DNA from: Nitrospirales bacterium
GTDB lineage: Bacteria > Nitrospirota > Nitrospiria > Nitrospirales > UBA8639
NCBI GenBank assembly: GCA_963555755.3
Contig: OY820905.2
Coordinates: forward strand, 2,848,001-2,912,000
DNA length: 64,000 nt
Reading direction: 5' to 3'
Part shown: piece by piece, positions 36,831 to 46,765 of the stretch
How positions within the stretch are numbered: the stretch's first letter is position 1
Layout of the letters: the number at the start of each line of letters is the position of its first letter
Position numbers and translations under genes: made by a program
The notes under the pieces: model-generated
What the model was told of the DNA's origin: nothing
The model's input: the letters and a program-made list of their open reading frames with translations, nothing else
The model's database searches: none

Positions 36831-38533
36831 GGGCTTGCTGATAAAAGCTCACCCCATTGATTTGAGTAGCCTTCTGCATGTAAGAACAGGGGGAGACGTG
36901 CACAGAAAGTTCCCCCCTCTTCCCAAAAAGCTTGCACCAGGAGAACCCATGTATCGGACACCTCATGTGAATCAACTGGCCTTTGAAGAGTTCGTCTTGC
37001 CCTTTGGCGGCAAACTCCGCAGTGACAACCGGTGGGTGATTCTCGCGAAACACATCCCCTGGGCGGAAGTCGAAACGGCCTACGCGAAGCAGTTTTCCCA
37101 AGACGACATCGGGGCGCCCGCCAAGTCCTCGCGGCTCGCGTTGGGGGCCCTCATCTTACAAGAACGCCTGGGAGTCACGGATCGTGAACTCGTGGCCCAG
37201 ATTGCCGAAAACCCCTATCTGCAATATTTTTTGGGTCTGCTGACGTATCAAGAGGAGGCGCCGTTTCATCATTCCCTGCTGACCACGTTCCGCAAACGGT
37301 TTCCCGACGAGAGCCTTGAGCAGATCAACGAAGCCATCGCCCGGCTCATTGCTGACGCCCAGGCAACGGGAGAGGAACCTGGCAAGGCGAAAGGAGAAGG
37401 CGAGCCCGCTCCCCCGAAAGGGCAGCTGCTCGTCGATGCCACCTGTGTGCCGGCCGATATCAAATATCCCACCGACCGCTACCTGCTGCATGACGCCCGC
37501 GAGAAAACCGAAGAGCTCATTGACCTCATGCATGCCGTGCGCACCACGGCCCAGAAGAAGCCTCGCACCTATCGGCAGAAGGCCCGACAGGATTATTTGC
37601 GCATTGCGAAGAGCCAAAAACCACGGAGCCAGAAACTCCGACGAGGGATTGGCAAACAGCTGAGGTATCTCCGACGCAATCTCGGATCCATTGCCGGCCT
37701 GGCCCAAGAGGGGCGGTTGGGCACCTTACCCAAGCCACGCTACCGCCAGCTCCTCGTGATTCAGGAACTGTATCGGCAACAGCTCTGGATGTCTACGCGC
37801 CGCTGTCATCGGATCGCCGATCGGTTGGTCAGCCTCAGCCAACCTCACGTCCGTCCCATCGTGCGCGGCAAAGCCGGATGCCCGGTTGCATTTGGTGCCA
37901 AAATCTCGGTGAGTCTGGTGGAGGGAATCAGCTTTGTCGATCGCATCAGTTGGGATGCCTACAACGAATGCCTGGATTTAGTCGGACAGATCGAAGCGTA
38001 TCGTCGGCGGTTCGACCATTATCCGGCCTCGGTTCACGTGGACCCAATCTACCGCACCCGTGCCAATCGGCAGTTCTGCCACAGCAAAGGAATCCGCCTC
38101 TCGGGGCCGCCCTTGGGTCGCCCACGGGTGCTCACCGAGGCCACCGCTGAGCAGATAAAGCAAGACCAGCACCAAGGCCGTGAGGATGCCACGGCTCGGA
38201 TGGCCATTGAAGGCAAGTTGGGGCAAGGGAAGCGACGGTTGGGGCTAGGCCGGATGATGGCCAAACTTGCCATCACCTCCGAAACGATGATTCAGCTCTC
38301 GTTTCTGGTAATGAACTTGGAGCACCTGCTCCTCCGGGTTTCTTTGTTGTTGTGTGCGTGGTGCCTCAATTGGCGAAGGACTGGGACACGCCTTCTACGG
38401 GCCAGCTGGCTGAAGAAGCAGACAAATTGTCCGGCTTCTCGTGCTGGTAGGGTGGAAGCCCAATGGGGCTGGAGTCCAAAATGGATCGCTGGTTGGTGAG
38501 GGAATTTTCGAAAATGCTTTTTTCAGCAAGCCC
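36831..38533 (+). mobile_element. IS5 family insertion sequence
   Basis: TIR GGGCTTGCTGA; TATTTA on both sides (TSD length depends on where the TIR is cut). Confidence 0.88.
36949..38499 (+). CDS. IS5 family transposase
   Basis: LPFGGKL..NRW, ENPYLQYF, VDATCVPADI, RPIVRGK, IEGK; ATG 36949 follows AGGAG. Confidence 0.88.
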   Translation: MYRTPHVNQLAFEEFVLPFGGKLRSDNRWVILAKHIPWAEVETAYAKQFSQDDIGAPAKSSRLALGALILQERLGVTDRELVAQIAENPYLQYFLGLLTYQEEAPFHHSLLTTFRKRFPDESLEQINEAIARLIADAQATGEEPGKAKGEGEPAPPKGQLLVDATCVPADIKYPTDRYLLHDAREKTEELIDLMHAVRTTAQKKPRTYRQKARQDYLRIAKSQKPRSQKLRRGIGKQLRYLRRNLGSIAGLAQEGRLGTLPKPRYRQLLVIQELYRQQLWMSTRRCHRIADRLVSLSQPHVRPIVRGKAGCPVAFGAKISVSLVEGISFVDRISWDAYNECLDLVGQIEAYRRRFDHYPASVHVDPIYRTRANRQFCHSKGIRLSGPPLGRPRVLTEATAEQIKQDQHQGREDATARMAIEGKLGQGKRRLGLGRMMAKLAITSETMIQLSFLVMNLEHLLLRVSLLLCAWCLNWRRTGTRLLRASWLKKQTNCPASRAGRVEAQWGWSPKWIAGW

Positions 38534-38943
38534 TATTTAACGATAACGATCGGAGAAGCTGGTCAAGTCCAGCGCAGTCGCAGTAGATCCGCTAATCTCG
38601 GACAGGCTCCTAAATGCCCAACGCGTGCTCTGGCAAACCTTTAAGGCCTATGCCCAAGCCCGGTTTGAGTTATCTGTATCCCTCACAGAGTTAGAACGGT
38701 TGGTGGGGACGGAGTTGTAAAGGCCTTCTGGTCATTCCTAGATCCTTTTTTTTAAATTGATGGGCGGCTTACTCTTAACTCAAAGCAATACTCATTTCTT
38801 TATCCATTCACTTTATAATTCTTTATCCAACAGATACCCTGCTGTTTGCGTCAAGATTGCTTTTGTTCATACACTTTCGATAGCCCTTTTGTACTTTCAA
38901 ATTAGTTTTAACGGGTACAATGTTTGACAATTTTAATGCCTGA

Positions 38944-41100
38944 GTGAAAAAAAATATGTTGTTCAATCCTGACAGCCCATTGACTGGTATCACGGATGAT
39001 GAAGATTTGCTTGGGCGTGATAAATTTTGCTCACAACTGGCAAACCAAATCTGTCTAACATCGAACTCCCCCGGACTGGTTCTGTCTTTAGAGGGACCAT
39101 GGGGATCGGGGAAAACTTCAACAATTAATCGAATCTCCCACCATCTCAGAAAAATACCCGATGACGAACGTCCCATAATTGCACACTTTAACCCTTGGAT
39201 GGTTGGATCACTTAACGCTCTCGTACAAGAATTTTTCATCCAAATTACGTCATCCATTGGATTATCACCACACGCAAGCCAAGCAAAGAAGATCTCTGAA
39301 GCGCTAATTTCTTATTCTCGTCTTTTTTCTTTCGCTAAATGGATTCCTGGGGCAGAACCATATGCAACAGCGTTAGAGTCTTTGTTCAAAGGTGCTAGTG
39401 ATGCCACAAAGGCTGCTGGGGATCTCACAACTTTAAACGTTGCAGAACAAAAGAAGCGGATCTCTGATTCAATAGTGGAATTAGCAAAACCGTTTGTAAT
39501 TTTCATTGATGATCTTGATCGCTTACCCCCAGAGGAAGTTTTTGCCATGATACGCCTCGTTAAGGCTGTATCTGACTTTCCCCAAATGGCCTATGTCCTT
39601 GCATTTGATCCTGCTTACATTGAAAAGGCTTTTGAGAAATTTGGTATAGAAAGCGGCCGAGAGTATTTGGATAAGATCGTACAGGTACGAACTACTCTTC
39701 CAAGAATCGGGATGGCTCAAATTGGGAAAATAGTTGATCGAGAAATCGACTCGATAAAAATTGATGATTCTCTAAGCACTTTCTTTGAAGAACAAAAACG
39801 TCTTTCTGACTTGTACCACAACAGTATCAAGTTCTTACTTCGTACTCCCAGAGACGTTTATAGAGTATTCAATCGACTGCGGCTCCTTTATCCACTGACA
39901 AAGACTGAGGTAGGAATAGCAGACCTGTTCGCAATCGAGTCAATTGCGATTACCGCACCAAAACTATATGACCATATCTATTCAAATCCTCAGGCCTATG
40001 TAGGTCCACTTGAAGTTGAAACGGCACTCTTTAAAAAGCCTGAGGAAGTTGTCGAACAATTGAAACCGCAACGGGAGACTGTTTTAAGTGAATGCACAGT
40101 TGTCCTCCAGGCCACCCTTTTAGAACTTCTTGGTCGGATCTTTCCATTAACCGAAAAAGGGTTGCCGATTGATGAAAAACAGCCTCCTCGAACCTCAGGC
40201 CGTATTGCCTGCCCAGAGAATCTAGTAATCGCCTTGTCGGGTGGTTTACCAACATCCGAGGTATCTCTTTCCCAAGTTTGGTCTTTTTTAAGGCATCCAG
40301 AAAAGAGGATGACCGTTGTCAATGAGGTTGGAAACCTGGAACAACTTGGCGACTTCCTCGGCCTTGTAACCCACGTCATTGAAGAAAATGATGTTCCCGA
40401 TTTGGAAGGTTTCATTGATATTTTATCTCACATTAGTAAACTGGAGGTAACAAGAGAAATAAAACGTCGAAGTATAGGCGACCTTCTCAAACGCCCAATA
40501 AGCCTCCAAATATTCTGGATTATCCGTAAAATTCTAAAAAAAAGTGGCAAAGCAGATGCAAAGAAACTTATTCATAAAATTATTGGCTCTCCGGAGACCC
40601 TTTCCTTATCAGTCGACCTTCTACATTTCCTTTGCCAACAGCAAGGAATGTTTACAGAGGATCGAAAGGAATCTCAGGAGGATTGGCTGGTTTCGGCAAC
40701 GGAGCTGAAAGAACTAATTAAAATTTGGAATAAAAATACCCTTCAGTCTTTTCTTTCCGGTACAGCTTTTAATTCAACCGAGGCTAGCCAGACCTTTTAT
40801 CTTTTAGATCGCCTTAATCACCAACATGTGCGGAAGATCGTTCAAAAGAATCTTCATAGTCATGTTTCAGCTGATCATCTCGTAAAAACGCTTTGGGGGG
40901 TGAGTTGGGATTCAGGAAAGGGTTGCTACGCTAAATTTACAGAGTCCGATTTGAACGAACTGGGGGACACCAAAGCATTTCAAGATGTCGCAAAACAGCG
41001 TCTTAAAGATGATGATTTGCCATCGGACCTTAAAGCGATATATTCGAGTATTCTATCTGGCGAAAAGAAATATTTCTCGGATTTCGAAACAACAACCTAA
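38944..41100 (+). CDS. KAP family P-loop NTPase
   Basis: GPWGSGKT, FNPW, IFIDDLDRL, YLDKIVQV, TPRD. Confidence 0.9.
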   Translation: MKKNMLFNPDSPLTGITDDEDLLGRDKFCSQLANQICLTSNSPGLVLSLEGPWGSGKTSTINRISHHLRKIPDDERPIIAHFNPWMVGSLNALVQEFFIQITSSIGLSPHASQAKKISEALISYSRLFSFAKWIPGAEPYATALESLFKGASDATKAAGDLTTLNVAEQKKRISDSIVELAKPFVIFIDDLDRLPPEEVFAMIRLVKAVSDFPQMAYVLAFDPAYIEKAFEKFGIESGREYLDKIVQVRTTLPRIGMAQIGKIVDREIDSIKIDDSLSTFFEEQKRLSDLYHNSIKFLLRTPRDVYRVFNRLRLLYPLTKTEVGIADLFAIESIAITAPKLYDHIYSNPQAYVGPLEVETALFKKPEEVVEQLKPQRETVLSECTVVLQATLLELLGRIFPLTEKGLPIDEKQPPRTSGRIACPENLVIALSGGLPTSEVSLSQVWSFLRHPEKRMTVVNEVGNLEQLGDFLGLVTHVIEENDVPDLEGFIDILSHISKLEVTREIKRRSIGDLLKRPISLQIFWIIRKILKKSGKADAKKLIHKIIGSPETLSLSVDLLHFLCQQQGMFTEDRKESQEDWLVSATELKELIKIWNKNTLQSFLSGTAFNSTEASQTFYLLDRLNHQHVRKIVQKNLHSHVSADHLVKTLWGVSWDSGKGCYAKFTESDLNELGDTKAFQDVAKQRLKDDDLPSDLKAIYSSILSGEKKYFSDFETTT

Positions 41101-41145
41101 CCACATAGAATCAGGGAACGGGTCAAATCTTTGGTTGACTAATTA

Positions 41146-41196
41146 ACATCTCTCACTTTCCTCATTGCACACCGAAGAGGCAAGCCTCCGCCGAGC
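41146..41196. repeat. Direct repeat, copy 1 (downstream of the Leu dehydrogenase gene)
   Basis: Core 29/30 identical to 42398-42427. Confidence 0.9.
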
Positions 41197-41224
41197 GGAT
41201 TGGGCATTCGCGAAAGGGAGTTCC

Positions 41225-42262
41225 TTACGTCCCGATCTTTTCCAGCGCCATGCGGTTCGCTACAATGAGGGGAGGGAGCCGATCTCGTAAGGATTGCGTC
41301 AAGATCTGCTGAACCGTTCGTTGGATATTTCCTATCCACGGAGCCACTCGTCGCTGGTGTAACACTTCTCGGACCACGAGCTGGATCAGCCCCCCGGCAT
41401 TCAAGACGTAATCCGGCACGTGCATAATGTTTCTTCTCATTAAGAGATAGGGATCGCGCTCTTCATCCAGAAATTGGTTATTGGCTCCTCCGGCCACAAT
41501 TCTGGCTCGTATTTGAGGGATGGTCTTGGCATTTAAAATCCCTCCCAAGGCACAAGGAGCAAAGATGTCCGCCGGCACGCGATGAATCTTCGATAAGGGC
41601 ACCACGGTGGCATTCCAGGATCGTTGCGCTCGGGCTGCTCGTTCCGGCTGCAGGTCCGCTACGATCAGTTTCGCGCCGTGTTTCACAAGGAGATCTCCTA
41701 AATACCATCCCACATGGCCGACCCCCTGGATCGCCACCACGCGGTTTTTCAGGTTTTGCGACCCAAAGACGACTTGGCAGGCGGCTTGCATTCCTCCAAG
41801 CACTCCCTTGGCTGTCGACAGGGACGGATCCCCGCTTCCCCCATTTTTTCCTGTGGTTCCGGTGACATGGCGGGTCTTCTCCGCTACGACATCTAAATCT
41901 TCCGGTACAATCCCTGAGTCCTTGGCGGCTATATATTTTCCCTTTAGGGAATCAATGAGCATTCCCATTAAGAGCAGCACGGATCGGGTTTTCTCTGTTC
42001 CTGGATTTCCAATGATGACAGCCTTCCCTCCTCCAATCTGTAAATCGGAAATGGCCGCTTTTTTGCTCATCGCTTGAGCTAAGCGAAGCACATCTCGTAA
42101 GGCTTCCTTCTCATTCTTATACGGCCACATGCGGATACCGCCGAGGGACGGTCCCAGCCGGGTGGAATGCACCGCTATGATTGCATGGAAATGGGCAGAG
42201 GGATCTGTTCCGACTACAACTGTTTCAAATCCCTTAATCTTGAGGTGTTTGGTCGTGAGCAT
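41225..42262 (-). CDS. Glu/Leu/Phe/Val dehydrogenase (leucine dehydrogenase-like)
   Basis: GPSLGGIR, GGGKAVI, GDPS..TAKGV, QGVGHVG, PCALG, GGANN, NAGG. Confidence 0.92.
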   Translation of the reverse strand: MLTTKHLKIKGFETVVVGTDPSAHFHAIIAVHSTRLGPSLGGIRMWPYKNEKEALRDVLRLAQAMSKKAAISDLQIGGGKAVIIGNPGTEKTRSVLLLMGMLIDSLKGKYIAAKDSGIVPEDLDVVAEKTRHVTGTTGKNGGSGDPSLSTAKGVLGGMQAACQVVFGSQNLKNRVVAIQGVGHVGWYLGDLLVKHGAKLIVADLQPERAARAQRSWNATVVPLSKIHRVPADIFAPCALGGILNAKTIPQIRARIVAGGANNQFLDEERDPYLLMRRNIMHVPDYVLNAGGLIQLVVREVLHQRRVAPWIGNIQRTVQQILTQSLRDRLPPLIVANRMALEKIGT

Positions 42263-42373
42263 TTTTTTATTTTAGGATTCAAGATTATTTTAAGCTGGAT
42301 TGGGTCTTAACACAAAGGGTGCCCTTTTCTGTGAGCAGGTCAGTAAGGGGGCAATTCTTTTGTCGACTCATTT

Positions 42374-42427
42374 ACATCTTTCCCTCCTTTCCGCATAGCA
42401 CACCGAAGAGGAAAGCCTCCGCCGAGC
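42374..42427. repeat. Direct repeat, copy 2 (upstream of the Leu dehydrogenase gene)
   Basis: GCACACCGAAGAGGAAAGCCTCCGCCGAGC. Confidence 0.9.
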
Positions 42428-42675
42428 AGAAGGTAGGGAAGGAGGAAAAGTCTCGACTTAATACCTTAACTTTCTTCTGGTCCATCCTATCGTGTGTTAA
42501 CTATTGGATGAATACAACCCCTCACCCCAACCCTCTCCCCACAGGGGCGAGGGAGACTGAGATGTCTTAGTTGAAAGTTAAAATACTATATGATGTGGAA
42601 TCAATCGGCCTGGTGAAATGTTGAGCCAGACTCAGGAAAGCCAGCCATGGCTCGCTCAAGCGAAAAATATATTAA

Positions 42676-42816
42676 GGGCACCTCAAAAAACCGTCCTTTT
42701 CCGTGATGGCGGCGTCAGCCGCGTGCTCAAATCCTCATGTATTCGCCCCTACACTCCGGTTTTCCGCGCGCGGCTTCCTTGCCCTCACAAAAAATACCTG
42801 ATTTTTTGAGGTGCCC
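42676..42816. mobile_element. MITE family C (reverse orientation)
   Basis: 141 bp, GGGCACCTC TIR. Confidence 0.9.
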
Positions 42817-42883
42817 TTAGGTCAAAACCTGACTCTATGACTTTTCAATAGATTATTTATTAGGATTTCGTAGGGTTCAGAGT

Positions 42884-43990
42884 TTAACCCACCATTGGCA
42901 AAAGATAGCGGGTATATTTTCGCTCACCAGTCTTCATCAGTGCGCCTTTTTCAACAAGATCCTTCAAATCTCTTGTCGCGGTCGCCCGTGAAGTATCCAC
43001 AATTTTTATATAGTTTTTAGCGCTTAAGCCACCTTTGAAACCTTCAAGACCTTCGCGAAACATACGGGCAAGAATTTTCTCCTGCCGCTCATTAAGTTTG
43101 CCACGCAAGCGATCATAGAGTTTGGCCTTTTCAATCAGGAAGTCTACGGACCGTTGAGTGTATTCCTGCGCATCCAATATCGTTTGGGCAAAATAGACCA
43201 GCCAATCCGAAATGCCTAAGTCCTTATTATTCTCTTCGAGTGTTTGGTAGTACGCCTTTCTGGCAGAATTGATTGTCTGGGACAGGGCAATCAGTGTCGG
43301 TTGCCCAAGACATTGCGACAGTGCTTTTTCCGCAATCGCCCGCCCAATTCGCCCATTTCCATCTTCAAAGGGATGGATACACACAAAGTACAAATGGGCA
43401 ATACCAGCACGTGTCAATGGCGGGAGAGCTTGATTGGCCTTCGGGGCGGTCACATTAAACCATTTGATAAATCCATTTATTTCCTTTTTGATCTTTTTCG
43501 AAGGCGGCGCTTCAAAGTGAACTCTTGGGCTATGGACTGGACCTGACACGACTTGCATTGGTTCTTTATGAGTTCGATACCCCCCTCGGACTGTCAAATC
43601 GCGACGGCCGCTTGTGAGCATATCGTGCCAGGCAAACAGCTGTTCATGTGATAACGGAGCTTGGTAATTTCGATACAAATCGACCATCATATCCGCGATG
43701 CCCTGTTCCCCTTTTGAAACTTTTCGTTTCGGAGTGGCAAGACCAAAGTGGCGTCGAATGGAAGATTGCAGAGAATCTCGGCTAAGAAATTCTCCTTCAA
43801 TCTCAGAGGTTTTTAGCGCTTCATCACTGATGAGACTTACCGTAAATTGGGTTTTCTCATTCTCATCAAAATACTTTAAGGCACCCGACAATACTCCAGA
43901 CCGATGCAACAGTTGTTTTTCGTATTCAGCCAGGGACGTCGCATCATACGAAAAATCCGGCCATTTGGGTTCTTGCCAATTCCACGTCAT
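42884..43990 (-). CDS. Fic family protein (DUF4172 N-terminus, C-terminal HTH)
   Basis: MTWNWQ..WPDF, HPFEDGNGRIGR, SRATATRDL. Confidence 0.93.
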   Translation of the reverse strand: MTWNWQEPKWPDFSYDATSLAEYEKQLLHRSGVLSGALKYFDENEKTQFTVSLISDEALKTSEIEGEFLSRDSLQSSIRRHFGLATPKRKVSKGEQGIADMMVDLYRNYQAPLSHEQLFAWHDMLTSGRRDLTVRGGYRTHKEPMQVVSGPVHSPRVHFEAPPSKKIKKEINGFIKWFNVTAPKANQALPPLTRAGIAHLYFVCIHPFEDGNGRIGRAIAEKALSQCLGQPTLIALSQTINSARKAYYQTLEENNKDLGISDWLVYFAQTILDAQEYTQRSVDFLIEKAKLYDRLRGKLNERQEKILARMFREGLEGFKGGLSAKNYIKIVDTSRATATRDLKDLVEKGALMKTGERKYTRYLLPMVG

Positions 43991-44044
43991 GAGTTATAGC
44001 CTCAATCTCTATAACTCATAATATAGCTTAATTTTGAGCTATAG
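43989..44044. promoter_or_regulatory. Operator-like repeats at the fic start
   Basis: ATGAGTTATAG-N9-CTATAACTCAT plus a third half-site TGAGCTATAG. Confidence 0.6.
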
Positions 44045-44147
44045 AAAAGAGGTATTCGACTCAGAGTGTTTTGGAATTACGGGCAGGTTTTGCATTGCCA
44101 TACTCAGAATGACAAAGAAAGACTGCACCCTATTCCGACGTGGGAAA

Positions 44148-44444
44148 CTACATTTCCTTCATTTCCACGACTTCAACTTGACCGATTGCAAGGTGCGGGC
44201 ATGCCTTCGTCATTTCAACAGCCGCCTCCAGGCTTTCGGCTTCCAGAATGGAAAACCCTGTCAGTTTCGCCCCACCCTCGTCTGATACACCATCGGCGCT
44301 CACGATCTTAGCCTGTCCCAAGGGCATGCCGGGCATGACCACGGCTTTGCCAAGCCCACCGACCCACTCCATAAACTTCCCCATGTGTTCCTCAAGGTTT
44401 TCAGGGATTTCCCCACCGTGATAGGCAATGAAGTACTCAGGCAT
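44148..44444 (-). CDS. YCII-related domain protein
   Basis: LTGFSILEAESLEAAVEMTKACPHL. Confidence 0.8.
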   Translation of the reverse strand: MPEYFIAYHGGEIPENLEEHMGKFMEWVGGLGKAVVMPGMPLGQAKIVSADGVSDEGGAKLTGFSILEAESLEAAVEMTKACPHLAIGQVEVVEMKEM

Positions 44445-44581
44445 TACATTTTCTCCCCTTTCTTAATTTCCGTTGGTAAGTCCCTCCCACTGATGCGAGC
44501 AGGCTTACCTGGAGAATCTATGGGTCATGGACCTGAAATATTCAACAGACTCATAATAGTATTTTTACTTCTGGAGAAGAA

Positions 44582-44687
44582 AACCCTCACCCAAACCCCA
44601 AGCCTTCGCCGAGCCTCCTTTGTCGGAGTGGCTACGGAGGCTGAAAGCGGCTTCGCGCAGGCAGGTTTCCCCAGAGGGGCAAGGGAG
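44582..44687. repeat. Three-level nested REP-like palindromes
   Basis: Family F outer element with two inner elements. Confidence 0.7.
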
Positions 44688-44940
44688 AATAGGGATATTC
44701 CATTGAAAATGAAAAATATATACCCCGTATGGAGTTTCCATACAAATTCACACAATGGAATCCATTTTTCAGGTGTCAGGAAAAATAAGGTTTGAATGGG
44801 ATGGAAAATCGTACAGGGGCTACCCATTGAAGGATGAACTTTGCTATCCTCATAAAACACCACTGCGGAGAATTGATGGCTACACGGTAGGCTTCTCGAC
44901 TCCCCATTTTTCACTTAACCCTATGAAAGAGTTTTTTACG

Positions 44941-45882
44941 ATGAGTAACTGCAAGAAAATTTTTGGGCTCTTTTTCAGTGTGTTTTTACTTGGGAGTCCA
45001 ACAAGTTGGGCCTATACCGAAATCCCCGTAACCGATGGTGGATCTGTCACGGGACAGGTCAGGATGAATGGGACTGAACCCGACCCCCTAGCGTATAACC
45101 TGGCCCTCTTTCCCGACCCTGCATTCTGTGGGCGAATTTCCACGGGGACAGGCTGGCGATTGTATGACCAGTTCCAAATTTCATCGGAAGGCGCTCTTCA
45201 AAATGCCATCGTGATATTGGAGGGCATTGATCAGGGTAAACCGTTTGAACTCCCTCCTGCTACCGTGGAAGCTAAAGACTGCATTTTTTCACCAAGTGTG
45301 CTCGTCGTGCGTGATCATCAGGAAATTCGTTTTATTAACATGGATCCAGTCGTGCATGATGTGCAAATGTACGAAACGGCTCCCAGTGGGTCTTCCATTA
45401 TCTTTCATCGCCCGCTTCGTATGAATCCCTACCATTCTCTCAAAGAACCCCCAAACCATGATCATCGTTCGGGTGAACCAGTAATTGACACCTTTCATTT
45501 CACCAAGGGGCGGCGCATCTTTTTGGCTGAATGCGGGCAGCATCCCTATATGCAGACTTGGGGGCTTTCCATCACCAATCCCTACTACGCCATCACCGAC
45601 GCCGAGGGGCGCTTCACCATTTCCGACATCCCGGAAGGTGTGTACTCCTTGGTCGCTTGGCATCCGTGGATTGGCGGAATTCTCCAAATGGAAGTCGTCG
45701 TGTTAGCCAATGATACCCTGAAAACTCAAATTATCTTTGACGCTCCACCTGAAAAAAATTCCTCCCATACAACCATGGTGAAAAACCCTCATTTTACCTT
45801 TGAGGCTATCGGGAGAGACGGCAAACCAGTTCCAGTCGTTATCCCTGATCACGAGGTCCAGGATTCACATCATCAACATTGA
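44941..45882 (+). CDS. Exported cupredoxin-like / carboxypeptidase-regulatory-like domain protein
   Basis: Signal peptide, FCGR, DPVVHD, CGQHPYM, NPYYAITD..IPEG.Y..AWHP. Confidence 0.8.
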   Translation: MSNCKKIFGLFFSVFLLGSPTSWAYTEIPVTDGGSVTGQVRMNGTEPDPLAYNLALFPDPAFCGRISTGTGWRLYDQFQISSEGALQNAIVILEGIDQGKPFELPPATVEAKDCIFSPSVLVVRDHQEIRFINMDPVVHDVQMYETAPSGSSIIFHRPLRMNPYHSLKEPPNHDHRSGEPVIDTFHFTKGRRIFLAECGQHPYMQTWGLSITNPYYAITDAEGRFTISDIPEGVYSLVAWHPWIGGILQMEVVVLANDTLKTQIIFDAPPEKNSSHTTMVKNPHFTFEAIGRDGKPVPVVIPDHEVQDSHHQH

Positions 45883-46061
45883 AGCGGATGAGAACACAGA
45901 TCGGAAGCAGACCGACTCGGGCAGGATTGACAATCCGTGTGAGGAAATATCCTCTGAACTTTCATGGACCTAACACGCTCTGCAACGCTCAAACGTGATC
46001 TACCAATCAACAAAAACCGACATTGGCAGACGATTCCGTCTTCTCACACGCCCGCGTAGTT

Positions 46062-46676
46062 TTAATCACCAGGTAAGGGAAAAGAAATAATTATCCCACC
46101 CATCACATCCCCAAGCTTGTAATCTCGCTTGAAACTCAGGATATGACCATTGTGGCAGTTGACGCAGGAAGTTGAGACAGCCTTATCCGGATAGATGGCT
46201 TTGAAAAATTTTCGATCTCCTCTTTCAATAATTCCGGTATAGGGCTGAGAAGGATCTTTAGCCACAGCTGTCAATCCGGTACGCTCAAAATCTGTTGTGG
46301 GCCCATTTTTTTCATAAATAGGTCTGAGGCTTGCCAGGCGATATTGCAGGCCTAATCCCATTTCTTTGACCTTCAGTCCAGACAACAGAAGCATTTGTGC
46401 TGGAAGAGGCAGAGCTTTTCGCTGCCTCCAGGATTCTGCAGCAATCACGATTTTGTGTTCCACCATCCGTTCGACCACATGAGTGGCATACAGAGTTCGG
46501 TCGGCTTCAATCACCGCATGAATAAAATCAGCCACTGTCGAGGGGGGAACCCCCTTTGCCTTGGAAGATGGTTCTGCTCCACAAACTGAGGATCCAATAA
46601 CACAAATGGCCAGAACCCCAACCAAAGCCCTCCACATCACTCGTTGTGTCATCATGGTTAATCCTCCTTTTTTCAC
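46062..46676 (-). CDS. c-type heme protein, DUF3365/Tll0287-like
   Basis: Signal peptide, LPLPAQM, single CVNCH near the C-terminus, GDVMGG. Confidence 0.85.
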   Translation of the reverse strand: MKKGGLTMMTQRVMWRALVGVLAICVIGSSVCGAEPSSKAKGVPPSTVADFIHAVIEADRTLYATHVVERMVEHKIVIAAESWRQRKALPLPAQMLLLSGLKVKEMGLGLQYRLASLRPIYEKNGPTTDFERTGLTAVAKDPSQPYTGIIERGDRKFFKAIYPDKAVSTSCVNCHNGHILSFKRDYKLGDVMGGIIISFPLPGD

Positions 46677-46765
46677 CCAATGGATACCCAGACTGAATAG
46701 GTCATCCTAAAGAATGTGTACATTCAGGCCACGAGAAGACTTCATGGCAATTTAACGACAACCAC

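Larger units (their letters stand above)
36741..38609. mobile_element. MITE family A containing an IS5
   Basis: GAGCCTGTCC..GGACAGGCTC ends, at the position where native czcC has CTAG. Confidence 0.85.
36675..38720 (+). pseudogene. Third copy of the czcC/tolC 3' end, split by MITE A and IS5
   Basis: 36675-36740 (EAVRIARTSFKFGEASLLDV) joins 38610-38720 (AQRVLWQTFKAYAQARFELSVSLTELERLVGTEL*). Confidence 0.9.

Noticed and set aside
35919..41100. Prophage (cell wall hydrolase, KAP NTPase, tRNA scar)
   Set aside because: No structural, terminase, holin or integrase genes.
41095..41140. ACCTAAC at the KAP NTPase stop as a possible attC start
   Set aside because: No matching GTTRRRY or stem, and no complementary core upstream of the gene.
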